Origin: Eledone cirrhosa
Lineage: Eukaryota
Assembly (NCBI GenBank): GCA_964016885.1
Contig: OZ024742.1
Span: 64,666,001-64,730,000, forward strand
Direction: 5' to 3'
DNA: 64,000 nucleotides
The notes under the pieces: model-generated
The model's database searches: none
What the model was told of the DNA's origin: nothing
Seen by the model: only the letters and a program-made list of their open reading frames with translations
Made by a program: the position numbers and the translations under genes
In this document: positions 63,001-64,000 of the stretch, piece after piece
Layout: each line of letters starts with the position of its first letter
Position numbering within the stretch: the first letter of the stretch is position 1

Positions 63001-64000
63001 GGTTTGTTTCAGTTTTGGTTTACCTGAAACAGACATTTCAATCATTATAACCTGGTCTTTCACTGTGTCGTGCTCCTATTTCACGCACATGGGGTTTTGT
63101 TTTGTATGTTACTTATCATTGTTGTCTTTCTGTTTTCTATTGTAATGACAATCGGTAGTAATTCCTGAATGTCATCGCAGTAATGTTGCCACTGTAGTCA
63201 ACCATGTCATCTGCCATTGATATATGTGAATGTGCCGGAGTATCTGTCAATAACTGCCATATTTACTTCTAGTGTCCTGTTCCCAACACTAGGATTTAAA
63301 AGTTTTCTCCTATGAGCAACCCGTTTTCTGTCCACCACTGTTTATTCTGTATATTAACAGCTAACCTCTATATTTAAAAGCATTGCCCCTATCCACAACC
63401 TATCCGTTAGATAATATTATACCAGAGTTGTAAAATAAAATAATGATGTATAATAAAATGATAATATAATATAATAATAAAAAACTAAGAGTATAAATGT
63501 TCAAAAGCTAAAAAGATAAAAGGATATTATTTACAATTTCACACACGAACACACATTATATAGGCATAAATATGTACATACTAATGGATGATTATTGATT
63601 CACATGAATTCCTTTGCCTTTTGACAGGTTTTGCTTTTCATCTTGCAGGATGTCCAATAACCACCCTCTTCACCAAGGAAACTTGGTGGGGTTGCCAGTT
63701 TAGTCACCAACAACTCAACCATGCAACAAGTTGTACTGGTTTACATATTACCAGTAGCACTTTGGAGCAACCTGACATAACTTAATAGTAAAGTGGATGT
63801 TAATATATTTGTTGTAATTATAATTACATCCTCAGTGAGAACAATTATTATTTAAATGATTCATTCTGGTTAAAAATTAAAATTAATCAAAAATTGATTA
63901 AATATGAAATACAGTGGAGGAATAATTTTAATCTTTAGCTGTATAATAACAGTGCTAGATATGTTTCAATTGTATAACCCTCCTCAGCACAACAGTCTAA

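Noticed and set aside
63952-63990. Minus-strand CTGAGGA...GAAAC motif
   Set aside because: Stems II and III are weak and the cleavage register is off; at best a relic

Overview
AT-rich, repeat-dense eukaryotic DNA, most likely a coleoid cephalopod (Ceph-domain SINE/RTE tails, abundant TA/GT/ATG microsatellites). The only recognisable host gene is the 3' half of COPS2 (COP9 signalosome subunit 2): five minus-strand GT-AG exons at 59675-46914, with upstream exons presumably beyond the window. The rest is retroelement-derived: RTE LINEs with a PHD-like insert in the RT, R4/Dong-like, Tx1-like and CR1-like fragments, two tRNA-SINE families, a tandem ~630-bp non-autonomous RTE-tailed element, and 48-bp, 64-bp and GT-rich arrays. 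The most notable signal is a set of at least eight type I hammerhead ribozyme folds from several sequence families. They lie in short non-coding elements mostly embedded in (TA)n tracts, often with inverted or partial-tandem arms, an architecture like Penelope pseudo-LTRs or retrozymes. Coordinates were read by eye, repeat boundaries are approximate, and no database searches were run.
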